NCBI GenBank assembly: GCA_030265395.1
Contig: JARFYF010000063.1
Span: forward strand, 41,507,348-41,571,347
Reading direction: 5' to 3'
DNA length: 64,000 bases
DNA from: Rhina ancylostomus
Lineage: Eukaryota
Made by a program: the position numbers and the translations under genes. The stretch's first letter is position 1, and each line of letters starts with the position of its first letter. The notes beneath the pieces are model-generated. The model saw only the letters and a list, made by a program, of their open reading frames with translations. It was not told where the DNA came from and did not search any database. This document shows positions 26,161 to 37,580 of this stretch, piece by piece.

Positions 26161-27249
26161 TCCCCATCTGTATGGCTCATTTCCACATTGCTCCTTCTCC
26201 AGGAGGCAGAACTGCTGAGAGATTCATTTTCCCCTTGTGCATTCTATATTTTTGATACTGGGATTCCTTTACATTCAGCCAAATGCTGCATTAATAATCC
26301 ATCTGAATGGCATCAGAACAAAGAAAACCATTACGATGTGAAAGTTTGACTCTGAATCAGAATGGATCCAGCTGCAGTATAACTGCAGGCTGTATGCATT
26401 TGAGCAGTACTCACAGTACATTGAGAGCTAATGCAACTTTACACATGAAATCCTCGCAATGTGCAGCAGATTTTGGAGCTTGTGAAAGCATCTCATCTAA
26501 TGGATGTCAAACTACAAGTAGAAAACCATACCTGAAACCAAGGTGGATCAGAGATTGGACGGCAATATTCTCTGCTTCTCTGACTGGACTGACTATGAAC
26601 ACCATTCCCTGCTGGGATTCAATGTGTGCTGAAGTAGGAACTCAGACCTTTGAATACTGGAAGTTTTCTGATGTTTAGAAGTCAAGAACTGGCACAGACT
26701 TAGAGATGGTACAATAACTAAGGATTTAACTTACAAGACCAAGCCATTGTTGGTTGCACAGTTTTATTGGATTGACAATCTTGGCTTTATCTTCAGCTTT
26801 GAGATTAGCTCAATAATGTGTTCAGTTGTGTAATTTTGGAGATAAATTTTCTTGATGCTCCCATCCCCAAAGCTTTTCTTCTTCTTGATGGTGTGATGGG
26901 CCACAAGTCGCAGATGTTACAGATAAGCTTGATGGGATAGTGATATTTTTTCTGCCGATCAACTTTCATATGTTTTTGTGCTCATAACCAATGAGAAGCA
27001 GCCTTTTTTTGTTTCTTCATTGGTACTAAAACTGTGGTCGTAACCTCTACTCCTTTGTTACATCTGGCATTCCTCTCTTTGACCACTATCTTGGACTGAG
27101 TATNNNNNNNNNNNNNNNNNNNNNNNNNNNNNNNNNNNNNNNNNNNNNNNNNNNNNNNNNNNNNNNNNNNNNNNNNNNNNNNNNNNNNNNNNNNNNNNNN
27201 NNCCCCCCCCCCACCCCGCCATCTCAAGTGCTCTGTTGGTGCAATCTTT

Positions 27250-27612
27250 AAACATAAAACTTGCAATAAATAAGAAGAAGGCCATATCGCTCCTGAGGCC
27301 TGTTCTGCTATTTAATTGAATCATGACAGATCTGATCTTTGGCCTCAGCTCCACATATCAGCATGATTTCCATTGCCCTTCATTACCCTGTGGTTCAAAA
27401 ATGCATGTAGCCGTCAGCCTTAAAAACAGCATCTAGAGATCTCTGAAGTAGAGGATTCCAAAGATTTAAAACCCTCTGGGAAAAGGGATTTCCTTTGCAT
27501 CTCAAATAAGTGACTGATCCCCTATCCTAAGATTAAGTACCATCGCTCCAGAATCCTTCAGTAGGGAAAACATACTCACAACATCCACCTTGTCAAACCC
27601 CCTCAGAATCTA
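27250..27612 (-). mobile_element. CR1 LINE 3' end
   Basis: GAAGGCCATATCGCTCCTGAGGCCTGTTCTGCTATTTAATTGAATCATGACAGATCTG tail, and reverse ILRGFDKVDV..MF. Confidence 0.8.
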
Positions 27613-27689
27613 TGCACGCACAGAGAAGAAAGGAATAGATGGACTTGTGTGCCAAGGTATGGAAGAGAGTAGAATGGTTTGCCCAAGCT

Positions 27690-27850
27690 ACAGCATTGTA
27701 TCCAATTTTGGACACCAAATTTCAGGAAAGATGTGAAGAGTTTGGACAGGGTTCAGAAGAAACTGTTAGAATAATCCCTGGGTGAGATTTTGCAATTATG
27801 TGGATAGACTAGAGAAACTTGGCTTGTTTTATTGGGATTCAAAAAAACTA
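27690..27850 (+). mobile_element. CR1 RT fragment
   Basis: HCIQFWTPNFRKDVKSLDRVQKK..NYVDRLEKLGLF. Confidence 0.75.
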
Positions 27851-30409
27851 AAGGTGTTGATACCATAAGAAGATGTTCTAAAGGAAAACCACAGGCTGTA
27901 GAAACCATCCAATAATGCTAATAGGCATTTATGTACTAATGAAAGCTCAAAAATTATGATAACTGAAGTGAATCAATCAAAATCAGAGTAGGCCACTTCC
28001 AATTTAATGTGGTTGCTAAAATCATGCTGTACTTGACGATGTCACATGCTTTGATAATATTTAGGGGACCTGGCAGTGCGAGCTTCTGCAATACTATCTG
28101 CTTTTCTTAATATGAAGAGATCATCTGTGCCTTGAAAATATATGGGGATTGGGAAGTGAAACTTAGCACCCACAAAATACAGAATCTTGTTAGCCAGCAA
28201 TTCCTAAAGGCCAGTTTGCAGCAGAAAGTCACCTTGTTATAAAGGTGAAGTTCTAACTGTCTGGAGGGAGATGGTACAAAAATGTAAACATGTGCCCTCA
28301 TTTCTGTCACACCTAGAAGCTAAAGTGGAAAATACTTTCAGTTCAAATATACTGTATATTTGACTTCTGTTGCACATTGGAGGTTGAAACCTGAACTGTT
28401 TTTGTTCTGAATGATGCTCTGGAGAGGTTTATATTTGAGGGTTTCCTGGAGAAACTAATTTGCTCAATCATTTCATGAGTCACAGAGTTTGGGAGGCACC
28501 AATACTGTTCTACTGCTTCTGATCTAATTAAACCTCAACTTGCCCTTCATCCCACCCATCCCTTTACCAAGATAAGTTGTGAGCAGACACTCAGGATGTC
28601 TGTGGAAGTATGTTAATGGTTCTGGAGCCAAAAAATATTTAAGGTCAAGAGTATTTTGTTATGGCTGTCTTACCGCCTTCCATGCTAGAGAAGCACCCGT
28701 GGACCATTTCATTATTGAAGGATGGCAATGAATACTGTAGAGAATCTCCCGATATAAATAAATCAGGAGATTATCTTTGAACCCCAAGAAAATGAACACT
28801 AAGAAATTACTACTTTGCCCCACTGATTATCAGATGAATTGGTCCAATGGCAGGTCTGGAAGCTCAAGAGTGCCACGGAGAGAATTTGCAGCGCAACTGC
28901 CAGCATTTGGAAGCTGCTCCACAAGGCATGGTCTGCAACTACAACTAAGGCAACAATCTGCACTTCTGTGGAGCAGGCGGCACTGACTCATGCCTTCCCA
29001 CTTCCCATGGGGAGCAGGGAGTCTATTTCAGATTTCAATAAATTCGCCACATGTTCTATTGTTGTATTCAACAAAGAAAATCATTGCTGCTTTATCACAA
29101 ACAGCTGTAGATTCAGACATTGCACACTCTCAGTGACTGACCTCAGTACTTACATGTAAAAGACATTGGTAGTTAAGAGTGGATTTCTTGCTTGTTGCTA
29201 TGTTGAGGAAGTCAAAGTAGTATCCCTGGAAACTCAGGGTGTTTTTGTCAGGTGGTCCTCTTTAACTGTTCTTCTGCCAGTTTCTGCCAGGTAAGGTTCA
29301 AATTCTAGGAAATTATCAGAGAGAACCAGTAGAGAATTGTGCTCCTATTTGCTTTTTCTTACAGCATGGTGTCCCCTATCGTCACTCAAGATTTTATTCC
29401 ATCTCCTCACCATCTTGGGTCACATCCATTATATGGTGAAGCAGATGCTTGCTCTGCTTTTCTACTTTGTGAACCCCAATTGGACAAGATTGTGGTATGG
29501 CATTGTGGTCTATAAATTTAATTTGGCTAATTAAAAATGTATGAGGACTTATTTGCTTTCAACTAAAGGCACGGGAAGTCACTTCTATAGTAAGTTAATA
29601 ACCAGTCACATGGTTTAAAACGAAGAACAGCATTGTCTGCAGACTAAACAATTCCCAATGAACCACAAGAATGTAATTGCATTTGAGAAGTGGGACATGT
29701 GTAAAAGTTCATCCCCAGATCATCCTTTTGAACAATGATAAAACTGATAAGGGTCCAAGATTGTGGTTGTAAAAATTCTGCAACAAAGCAATCAATCTTC
29801 CATTAAAAAAAGTGATGACCAGGAAGAAATCTGACTGAATGGAAAATGCTTATTTGAGTCATAGTGCTTAGATGAATGTACGTATACTTGAACAATACCG
29901 AAATTTCTTTAAAAACCTGTAAAAACTCATCCATTACTTAAGTGCTAACATATTTTCTGTGAATTTTTTTCTTAAGAAACACGAATCCACAATGCACAAA
30001 GATAACAATTTTGAAAGGAGCAGATGGGTGTGTGATAGAGCATATGCAATATGTTCCTGGTGTATTCTTCTGCAGTTCACATTGACCCAAGATTAATCTC
30101 TTAGTTTAATGGCAATTCGGTGGGGTTGGAAAAGAATTGTGCCAAGCCGAGGTTCCAGATGCAAAGGCATGTCTATAATTTGATAGCAGTAGCATAAGTG
30201 CCTCAAAGGTGCCCAACCTTTGGAAACTATGTTCCCACCTGCGAAAGGTCAGTCCTACCAATGGGACAGGACACACTCAGAGATACTAATGGAAGAATCT
30301 GATATGTTGATTGATAGATTTGATTCTTTGATGTCACTTGTGCCAGGCTGTGATTAACTAGATTTTTATATTTATGCATTTTACAAGATCTATGTGTTGC
30401 TGGTAACTT

Positions 30410-31480
30410 CAATATTATTGCCCTTTCAAAGATGGTGGCAAGCTGCCTTTATGAACTGTAATAGTCTTGCTGGTGAAGGTATTTCCACCACGCTGTTGGG
30501 TAGGGAGTTCCAGAACTTAGATTCAAAGATAATGATTATTGTATTCCCAAGTCAGGATGGTGTATGACTTGGAGGGGAATCTGCAGGTGTTAGTATGTAC
30601 AGGCTCCTGCTACCCCTTGTTCTTATTGATGGTAGAAACTGTGGATTTGGAAGGTGCTGTTAGAGTAGCCTGGTTGAGTAATTGCATCAGTTTTGTAGAT
30701 GGTATGCAGCTACTGTGAACTGGTGGTGTAGGGAATGAATGTTAAGGGAGATGGATGGATGCTCATTAAGCAGCCTACTTTGTCCTGGATAGTGTTGAAT
30801 TGCTTGAGAGTTGTTAGAGCTTCATTCATTCAGGTATGGAGAAAATGTTCCATCACCCTCCAGACTTTGCTTTGCAGATTGGAAATGCTCTGAGGTGTCA
30901 GGAAGTCATTCACTTGCTGCAACATACCCAGTTTCTGACCCATTCTTATAGCTCTCATCTTTATGGGGCATGTCCAATTGGGTTTATGATTAGTGGTGGT
31001 CCCCTGGATGTTCATGGTATGAGAACGTCACAGTGTGCATGCCACTGAATGTCAAGGGCAGGTGCTGAGTTTCTTGATTGTTAGAGATGGCCATTGTCTG
31101 GCACTTCAGCGGCATGAATTTTAAATTCATCAACCCTTGCCTGAATGTTGTCTTGGTGTCGCTGCATGCAGATGTGGACTGGTTTCTTTGCTGAAGGGTT
31201 ACTAATAGAACTGTGCTTTGTGCTGCCATTGCCAAGCATTCCCATTTCTAANNNNNNNNNNNNNNNNNNNNNNNNNNNNNNNNNNNNNNNNACCTAGGAC
31301 ACCACCTTGGGGAACTGCTGTGATGCTCTGGGGCTGGAATGATTGACTTCCAACAACTAGAACCATTTCCCTTTTGTGTGAGATATAACTCCAACCACTG
31401 AACGTTTTCCCCTTGGTGACCCAGTTTTACCACAAAGCCTTGATATCATATTCGATCAAATGCTGCCTTGATCGAGGACA
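30410..31480 (-). mobile_element. CR1/L2-group (Zenon/Crack-like) LINE RT and 3' end relic, interrupted by a gap
   Basis: ORFs 30990-31235 and 30830-31015 give KCQTMAISNNQETQHLPLTFSG..NIQGTT..NWT..GQKLGMLQQVNDFLTPQSIS; same family as 5590-6240. Confidence 0.85.
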
Positions 31481-31659
31481 ATCCCTTTAACATCATCCTA
31501 TGACAATTCTTCCAGCTTTGGCATTGGCAAGAGTTCCCAGTTTTAAAGAGAAAGGCTGAGCTGGGATCAGCTGATGCAGTACATTAATCATGTTACTGAT
31601 GAATCTTATTTTTAATCTTTATAACTGGGTTATTTGCTTCACAGGGCAATGAGTTCACA

Positions 31660-31900
31660 GTAGAGTAGAAGACTGAAGGCCAGTGTGGTAGAGTGTCAGG
31701 CCTCTTTTCCGTAGATTAATAGCAAACTAGTTTTCAGTTTTTATGACCATCTGGAAGCTTTCATGGTCAATTTTCTGTGTTAGCCAAATTTATTGAGTCC
31801 AATTTCACAATTTGCAGGGTGGGGTTTTAAAATCATTCACCTTACTCCTCAATCATTGATCCACTGTGAGACAATCAGCATAATCATCAAGCTACCAAAT
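31660..31900 (-). mobile_element. tRNA-derived SINE (same family as 42310-42610)
   Basis: TTTTTATGACCATCTGGAAGCTTTCATGGTCA is the reverse of TGACCATGAA..GTCAAAACCCA seen at 42400. Confidence 0.55.
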
Positions 31901-32111
31901 TCACCATCTACCCACACACAGTCTTATTCACTGCCTTTTGTCACAGATACACTCAAAATGTTTCAGTGCATTCCTGGCTGGTTTCCCACCCACCACCTTT
32001 TTAAATACTGANNNNNNNNNNNNNNNNNNNNNNNNNNNNNNNNNNNNNNNNNNNNNNNNNNNNNNNNNNNNNNNNNNNNNNNNNNNNNNNNNNNNNNNNN
32101 NNNNNNNNNNN

Positions 32112-32640
32112 CATCCTATATTCTTATGCTTAGAGTCACTTATGGCATTGCCTTTAATGAGAAAAGTAAAGCTACCTTACAGTCTTTGGCCGCCTTGAGG
32201 CCTGGTGCAGGCTTCTCATCTCTCAAGATGAACGTGTGTGAGGGCATCCTCTTATAAAGAGCACCATTGAATTCATATTAAGCATTGTTTCGGACAAAGG
32301 CCACTTTCCTCAGTAATTTTTTTTAGGTCCTTTGGAAAATTTTCTCCTGCCATATTATTTGTTCTTGCTGTCTACCTCACTTGGTGAATATTATGTAGAT
32401 TTGCTCGCTTCTTGAAATGTTCAAACTAGCCATGGTTGGCTTTCAATATATGGGCACTTTCTGAAGATCCCTTACATTCTTTTAAATCTTTCTATAACAA
32501 TATGTCTTTTTCCTAGATTGTCATCAAACTCAGGGGCACATGCTGTTAATTCTGATCTTCTAACCAGATGCTTAACCAATTTTTTATTCTCTCCATTATA
32601 ACATCTCTACAGTTTGTAAGCATGATTAACTTCCAGGGTA
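32112..32640 (-). mobile_element. CR1 ORF2 endonuclease/linker relic
   Basis: CTAGCCATGGTTGGC (reverse PTMAS/QPWL) and TTCCAGGGTAACATTCTGCT (reverse QNVTLE/EQYV.EP) resemble the CR1 EN-RT linker; heavily decayed. Confidence 0.5.
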
Positions 32641-33178
32641 ACATTCTGCTACAACTAATAGATGTCTATTTCCAAGACTAAATTGTATCAATAATCAATT
32701 ATATCAATATGTTGCAATTTGTTTCAATTAGTGCTATGTCAATCTTCTGTGTAAACCTACTTCAGCACAGCTGTTAGTCTCATGGATTGCATTCTTTACT
32801 GGCAGGGCTTTGCCTGGGATTTCAAAAACTGTTTATTGCTAATCGCAATACAATCTCTTTCTCTCTCTGATAACATTAAGGGTTGTTTGTTATTGTGAAA
32901 AACCTTCATAAGTTGAAGGTGTACACTTTAAGGAGTCAATTGTATTACCGGGGAAATTTTTTAAATCAAATGTTTGTAAATCAAGGGGGACCCTTGTATG
33001 TGGAATCTACAGCTGTAAAGTTAAATAACCTGATACAATTTAGTCCCATGTAGATGTGAATGATAGTCCTTTAAATGATTTACTTCGCTTGGCTGACAAC
33101 TTGTCATGCTTGGTCCCTGCTGCTGGAGTGAGCACCATACAAAATGATCAGTAGATGCAAGTAAACTTGGCATTCACA

Positions 33179-33466
33179 TGTCATGGTTCTGAGTTCTGGC
33201 CCTCATTTGGCTCCATTAATGCCTTGTTGTCCAGCACATGGATTCCATGCTNNNNNNNNNNNNNNNNNNNNNNNNNNNNNNNNNNNNNNNNNNNNNNNNN
33301 NNNNNNNNNNNNNNNNNNNNNNNNNNNNNNNNNNNNNNNNNNNNNNNNNNNGCAAGAGTCCTTCCAGTTACTGCCTGTGTTTGTCCTGAGGAAGTATTCT
33401 GACTCCAGTCTTGTATCGGTGTGCTGTATTTGGGCTCTGAGTTTGCTCTCAATCAACATTGTGACA
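33179..33466 (+). mobile_element. LTR (solo LTR or collapsed LTR retrotransposon, probably Gypsy-type) with 5-bp TSD
   Basis: Termini TGTCA...TGACA; TCACA duplicated at 33174-33178 and 33467-33471; interior lost in a 100-N gap; the left end recurs almost identically at 63347-63420 on the minus strand. Orientation is inferred. Confidence 0.85.
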
Positions 33467-33994
33467 TCACATGATTCTGTAAAGGAAATTTCTATAGTTT
33501 CTGCTGTCAGGTGCCCTTAGATCTCATTTAGGTAATAAAGTTAGGCAACCTGACATTAATCAACACATTTCTGATTATCTGTAATGAAATGAGAGAGAGA
33601 AAACATACAAGTAGCTTGAGAAGCCATAGTGAATAGGGGAAGATACATACCACTGCACTGTATGTATATAGGATCCTGCAGCCTGGTTGGCAGCTTCACA
33701 GCAAAGGTTATGGGTGGGCATTAGACATGAGGTTCTGTCCCTACACTTGGCAGACTCTATTACCGATGTATCATCCAGCTGGGGCTGTCTAATTTGTGAA
33801 AGGATAGTGTAAACTGTCCTTTCCTTACATTGGGCATCATTTATTCAAATCATCTTGATACTTTATTCAAGTCATCTTGAACCACTAATAAATGCATTTC
33901 ATCATTTGTTGCATCCTGCCATCGTTGCTGGGATTCCTTCTGTTTGGAGAGATCAGTTTGGCCTTAAAATCACCTTTATCACCATCTTTCTCAC

Positions 33995-34044
33995 CAGAAC
34001 TTCTGGCATCTCTTCAGTGAAATGGAGATTTCTACAATCCTCTT
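33995..34044 (-). other. Candidate isolated 50-nt exon (unassigned)
   Basis: Minus acceptor TTCTGTTTTATTTATATTTATTTCCTCAACAG and donor CTG|GTGAGA; open frames EDCRNLHFTEEMPEVL or KRIVEISISLKRCQKF; no homology recognised. Confidence 0.25.
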
Positions 34045-34701
34045 CTGTTGAGGAAATAAATATAAATAAAACAGAATGTAATCTATCACCATTTTCTTAT
34101 AAATTTGAACATGGTGGTTAATGTCAGCATAAAAAAAACTTGGAGAAAATGCTCTTGTATAGCTATGGAGAAATTATGGATTTCTTGCTTTTTAATTCCA
34201 GCATATGATTTAACAGCCATTGTTCAGGAAGTGATGATTAACTTTTCCTTTAAGCTTTGACACACAAGAGGAAGGGTTCCAATGCATGACACTGCCAGGA
34301 AAGATTCCACTATGCAGGAAAAGCAGTGATAAATTTCACCACTGGTATTCTGTGTGCATTTATACAGAGTAAAGGGAGTGTATTCAATGACAGCTGTCAC
34401 ATTTTCCAAATCTGGGTAGAGGAAGGGTCAGGGATGATGGGATTCTTTGTGATTTGAGTGAGTAGTAGATTTTAATATTCCTCCTGCACTGTTTCAGGTA
34501 CAGTGATGGTATGTTTCATAGGTAGGATGAGGAACAATTGCACTGGCTTTTGATTATTTAACCCCATTTCCAGGATTTCAAATCATATTTTAGAGATTTG
34601 GCATTGTCACGAGGTGTGTTTTCTGTCATTAATGTATAAACCCCAAAGATCACTGTAGGTTCGTAGCCTATCTAGTTATTTAGCTAGATTTCAAGGACAA
34701 A

Positions 34702-34865
34702 AGCATAGAACACAGAACAGTACAGCACAGGAACAGGTCCGTCAGCCCACAATGTCTGCAGCGGACATGGCGCCAATCTAAACTATTTCCATCTGCCTAC
34801 ACAGGGTCCATATCCCTCTGTTCCCTGCCTGTTCATGTGTCTAAATGATTCTTAAATGTTGCTGC
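34702..34865 (-). mobile_element. CR1 3' tail
   Basis: CATAGAACACAGAACAGTACAGCACAGGAACAGGTCCGTCAGCCCACAATGTCTG..TCCATATCCCTCTGTTCCCTGC. Confidence 0.85.
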
Positions 34866-35269
34866 TAAGCAGGGGTAGATATAAACTGTTTACAACACTG
34901 ATTCCTTCATTGGTACTAAGTAAAGATAAAAAGTTGTTGTTTTATCCACTTGTTTGTTCCAGCTAAATATAACTGGGGTTACACAATGGAAAAGGTGACA
35001 ATTTGTGCAGGAGCACCTGGTCTTCTTTAACAAGAGATATCAGGAGACAAGATTGTAGCCAATACTTCATGCCAAAGTTTTAACCACGTCTTTTCATTCT
35101 GGTTAAACCTGGAAGTACCACTTCTGGGGTGGGGGAGGCTAACTTTTCTATAAAGAATGACATCATCTGCAAATAGTTCCAGTTATGATACTGATTTGTT
35201 CATGATACTGATGAAGGCAATGGTGTAGGTTCATACCCTTTCCTGAAGATTACTGCAACTGAATTAAAT

Positions 35270-35455
35270 AAGATGGTAATCTGTTCATCATGTTATAGGG
35301 AAATTACTGTAGAAGATTCTCCTTACATCAGTGATAGGGAAATTATTGGAGAAGATTCTTAAGGACAAGATTTTTTCGCATATGGAAAAGCATGAATTTA
35401 GTAGGAATAGGTGCCAGGGCTTAGTGTGGGGGAAATCCTGTCTCACAAATTTGCT
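35270..35455 (+). mobile_element. CR1 RT N-terminal fragment
   Basis: LTSVIGKLLEKILKDKIFSHMEKH....CQGLVWGKSCLTNL; the GKLL.KIL segment is locally duplicated. Confidence 0.85.
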
Positions 35456-35459
35456 TCAT

Positions 35460-35880
35460 CCTTGTCTTTTGCAATTCATATGATGGGCACTGCCGTCACT
35501 GATAATACAAATTTTCTTTGAGCGTCTCCCTCTGCAAGCTGTTTATTTATCAATTCTTGACTAGATATGGTAGCACTACAGACTTTTGATCTGACCTGTT
35601 GGTTATGAGATCAATTAGTTCTGTCTATTGCATGCTATTAGTGCTGGTTAGTGCCCAGTATTGCAACTTCACAAGGCTGGCACCTTATAGGTACACCTTG
35701 TGCTGCTCCTAGCATGCCTTTCTGCACTCCTAATTGAAACAAGGTTAATTCACTGGCTTGATAGTAAAGCAAAATGAGGTTACGGATTATGTACATTTCC
35801 ACTATTGCTGATGGTCCACAATACCTCATGGATACCAAATGTAAGTGTTAGATCTGTTCTGCAGCCTTCTTATTTAGCAC
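35460..35880 (-). mobile_element. Zenon/Crack-like LINE 5' (endonuclease start) relic
   Basis: GATGGGCACTGCCGTCACT, CTTGACTAGATATG and TCTGCTGATGGTCCACA-like motifs match the 5' region of this shark LINE; decayed. Confidence 0.45.
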
Positions 35881-35989
35881 AAACAGAAATCCTCAGTTTC
35901 TGTGGAGAGAGAAACAGACTTATTGTTTCAGGCCAATGACCTTTTAGTGGAATTGGGAAAAAAAATAGAGAAAAATAGTACATACTGTT

Positions 35990-36980
35990 CAGGCAACAAT
36001 GCATTTGATGGCTTGGCCATATTCACCAAAGTAATGCTTGGAGAATTCCCAACTAGAATCAGGAAAAAGGCCAACTAGATGTCTCAACTTCAAAGACACT
36101 TGTAAGATGGAAGTCCCTGAAGGTGCTAGACATCAATGTGGACAACAGGGATGAAGCTGCTCAGGAGTGCAGTTGGTAGAAACACAAACACTGATGCAGT
36201 CATGAAGAAGGCATGCCAGTGGCTCTACTTCATTAGGAGCTGAGGAGGTTTGGTATGTTGCCAAAGACTCTTGCAAATTTCTACAGATATATGGTGGAGA
36301 GCATTCTGACTGGTTGCATCACCGGCCTTGTATGGAGGCTCCAATGTGAAGGATCGAAAGAGGCTGCAGAGGGTTGTAGACTCAGCCAGCTCCATCACAG
36401 GCACTACCGTCTCCGCAGTCGAGGACATCTTCAAGAGGCAGTGGCTGAAGAAGGTGGCATTCATCATTAAGGACCCTCACCATCCAGGACATGCCCCCTT
36501 CTCATTACTACTTTTGGGGAGGAGTTACAGAAGCCTGAAGACCCACACTCAATGTTTTAGGAACAGCTTCTTCCCCTCTGCCATCAGATTTCTGAACAGT
36601 CCATGAACGCTACCTCATTATTCCTCGTTTGCAATATTTATTTATTTTTTTGTTAACTTATAGTAATTTTTATGTCTTGCACTGTATTGCTGCTGCAAAA
36701 CAACAAATTTTATGACATATGTCAATGATAATAAATCTGATTCTGATTCTAAACTTCATATAAGGCCTCCAGAAAAGCAAAGAGAGGCAAACACTACATG
36801 CAGAGGAGAAAAGTACCCACAAGAAGCTCACAGACTTGGTTGTCTACCTTTGAGCACAGCAGATGCTATCAAAGGGGTTACTAATTCTGGGCCACAATAG
36901 CCATGGGAGACACTGCTCTCCATCATACTGAGGGAACTATGCAAGATGCAAATCCACTGCCTTAAGGAGCCTGAAAATCA
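35990..36980 (+). mobile_element. RTE LINE 3' relic split by a Rex1 insertion
   Basis: RQQCI*WLGHI..KVMLGE..FKDTCK..LKVLDINVD before 36183; the element resumes at 36751. Confidence 0.65.
36184..36750 (+). mobile_element. Rex1/Babar LINE, 5'-truncated, with complete 3' end
   Basis: KKACQWLYFIRS.RRFGMLPKTLANFYRYMVESILTGCIT..YGGSNVKDRKRLQRVVDSASSITG..IIKDPHHPGHAPFSLL..GRSYRSLKTHT..FRNSFFPSAIRFLN; AATAAA plus (TCTGAT)n tail; candidate AAAC TSD. Confidence 0.92.
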
Positions 36981-37174
36981 TTACCAGAGATAAATGTACT
37001 TTTAAGTTGTGCACATGTGAGAGAGGGGAGTAAAGCATAGACTGTAGTGTTTTTAATAGAATGTGAGAAAAAGGCAGGAGAGAATAAACAGCACAAGGGG
37101 AGAGAGGGTAAGATAATAAAAGCCTGAAGGGAATGAAAATGTAGAACTATTATCTAAAGTTATGAAGAAATTTG

Positions 37175-37580
37175 AAAGGAATGCTGGAAATCTGAATAAA
37201 AATCCCAGAATATTATTAATCTGAAATTATTGAATTCAGTACTGAGTCCAGATCCAGTTATGTATCTTGTTCACCAAGCCTCACTGGAACAGCATTGGAG
37301 TCCAAAGTGGAAGTGAGACAGAATTAAATGCTCAGAGTCCCACTTGCAAACTATACAAATCTATTCTACGAAACACTTGTTTAATCTGTGCTTGGTCTCC
37401 CCGTTGTCGAGAAGACCATTATTATAAGCACTGAAAGAATACAAGTAAATGTCTGCTTCACGTGGAAAGAATGTTTGGGGGCCTGAACAGTGAGAAGGAA
37501 GGAATTCTGTATTTCTTTAATCTCTGCAGACACTACCTGATTTGTTGAGTATTTTCACATTTTCTGTTCTCATTACAGAG
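37175..37580 (-). mobile_element. Penelope-like relic (GIY-YIG on minus strand) flanked by inverted pLTR pieces
   Basis: Reverse of QAPKHSFHVKQTFTC..GLL.NGETKHRL..CFVE at 37360-37490; pLTR motifs at about 37180 (minus) and 37520-37575 (plus). Confidence 0.7.

Noticed and set aside
28660-29010. Possible second Harbinger relic (LAVALQIL..SFQT on minus strand) and ORFs 28777/28839
   Set aside because: Only one loose motif; no catalytic motifs seen.
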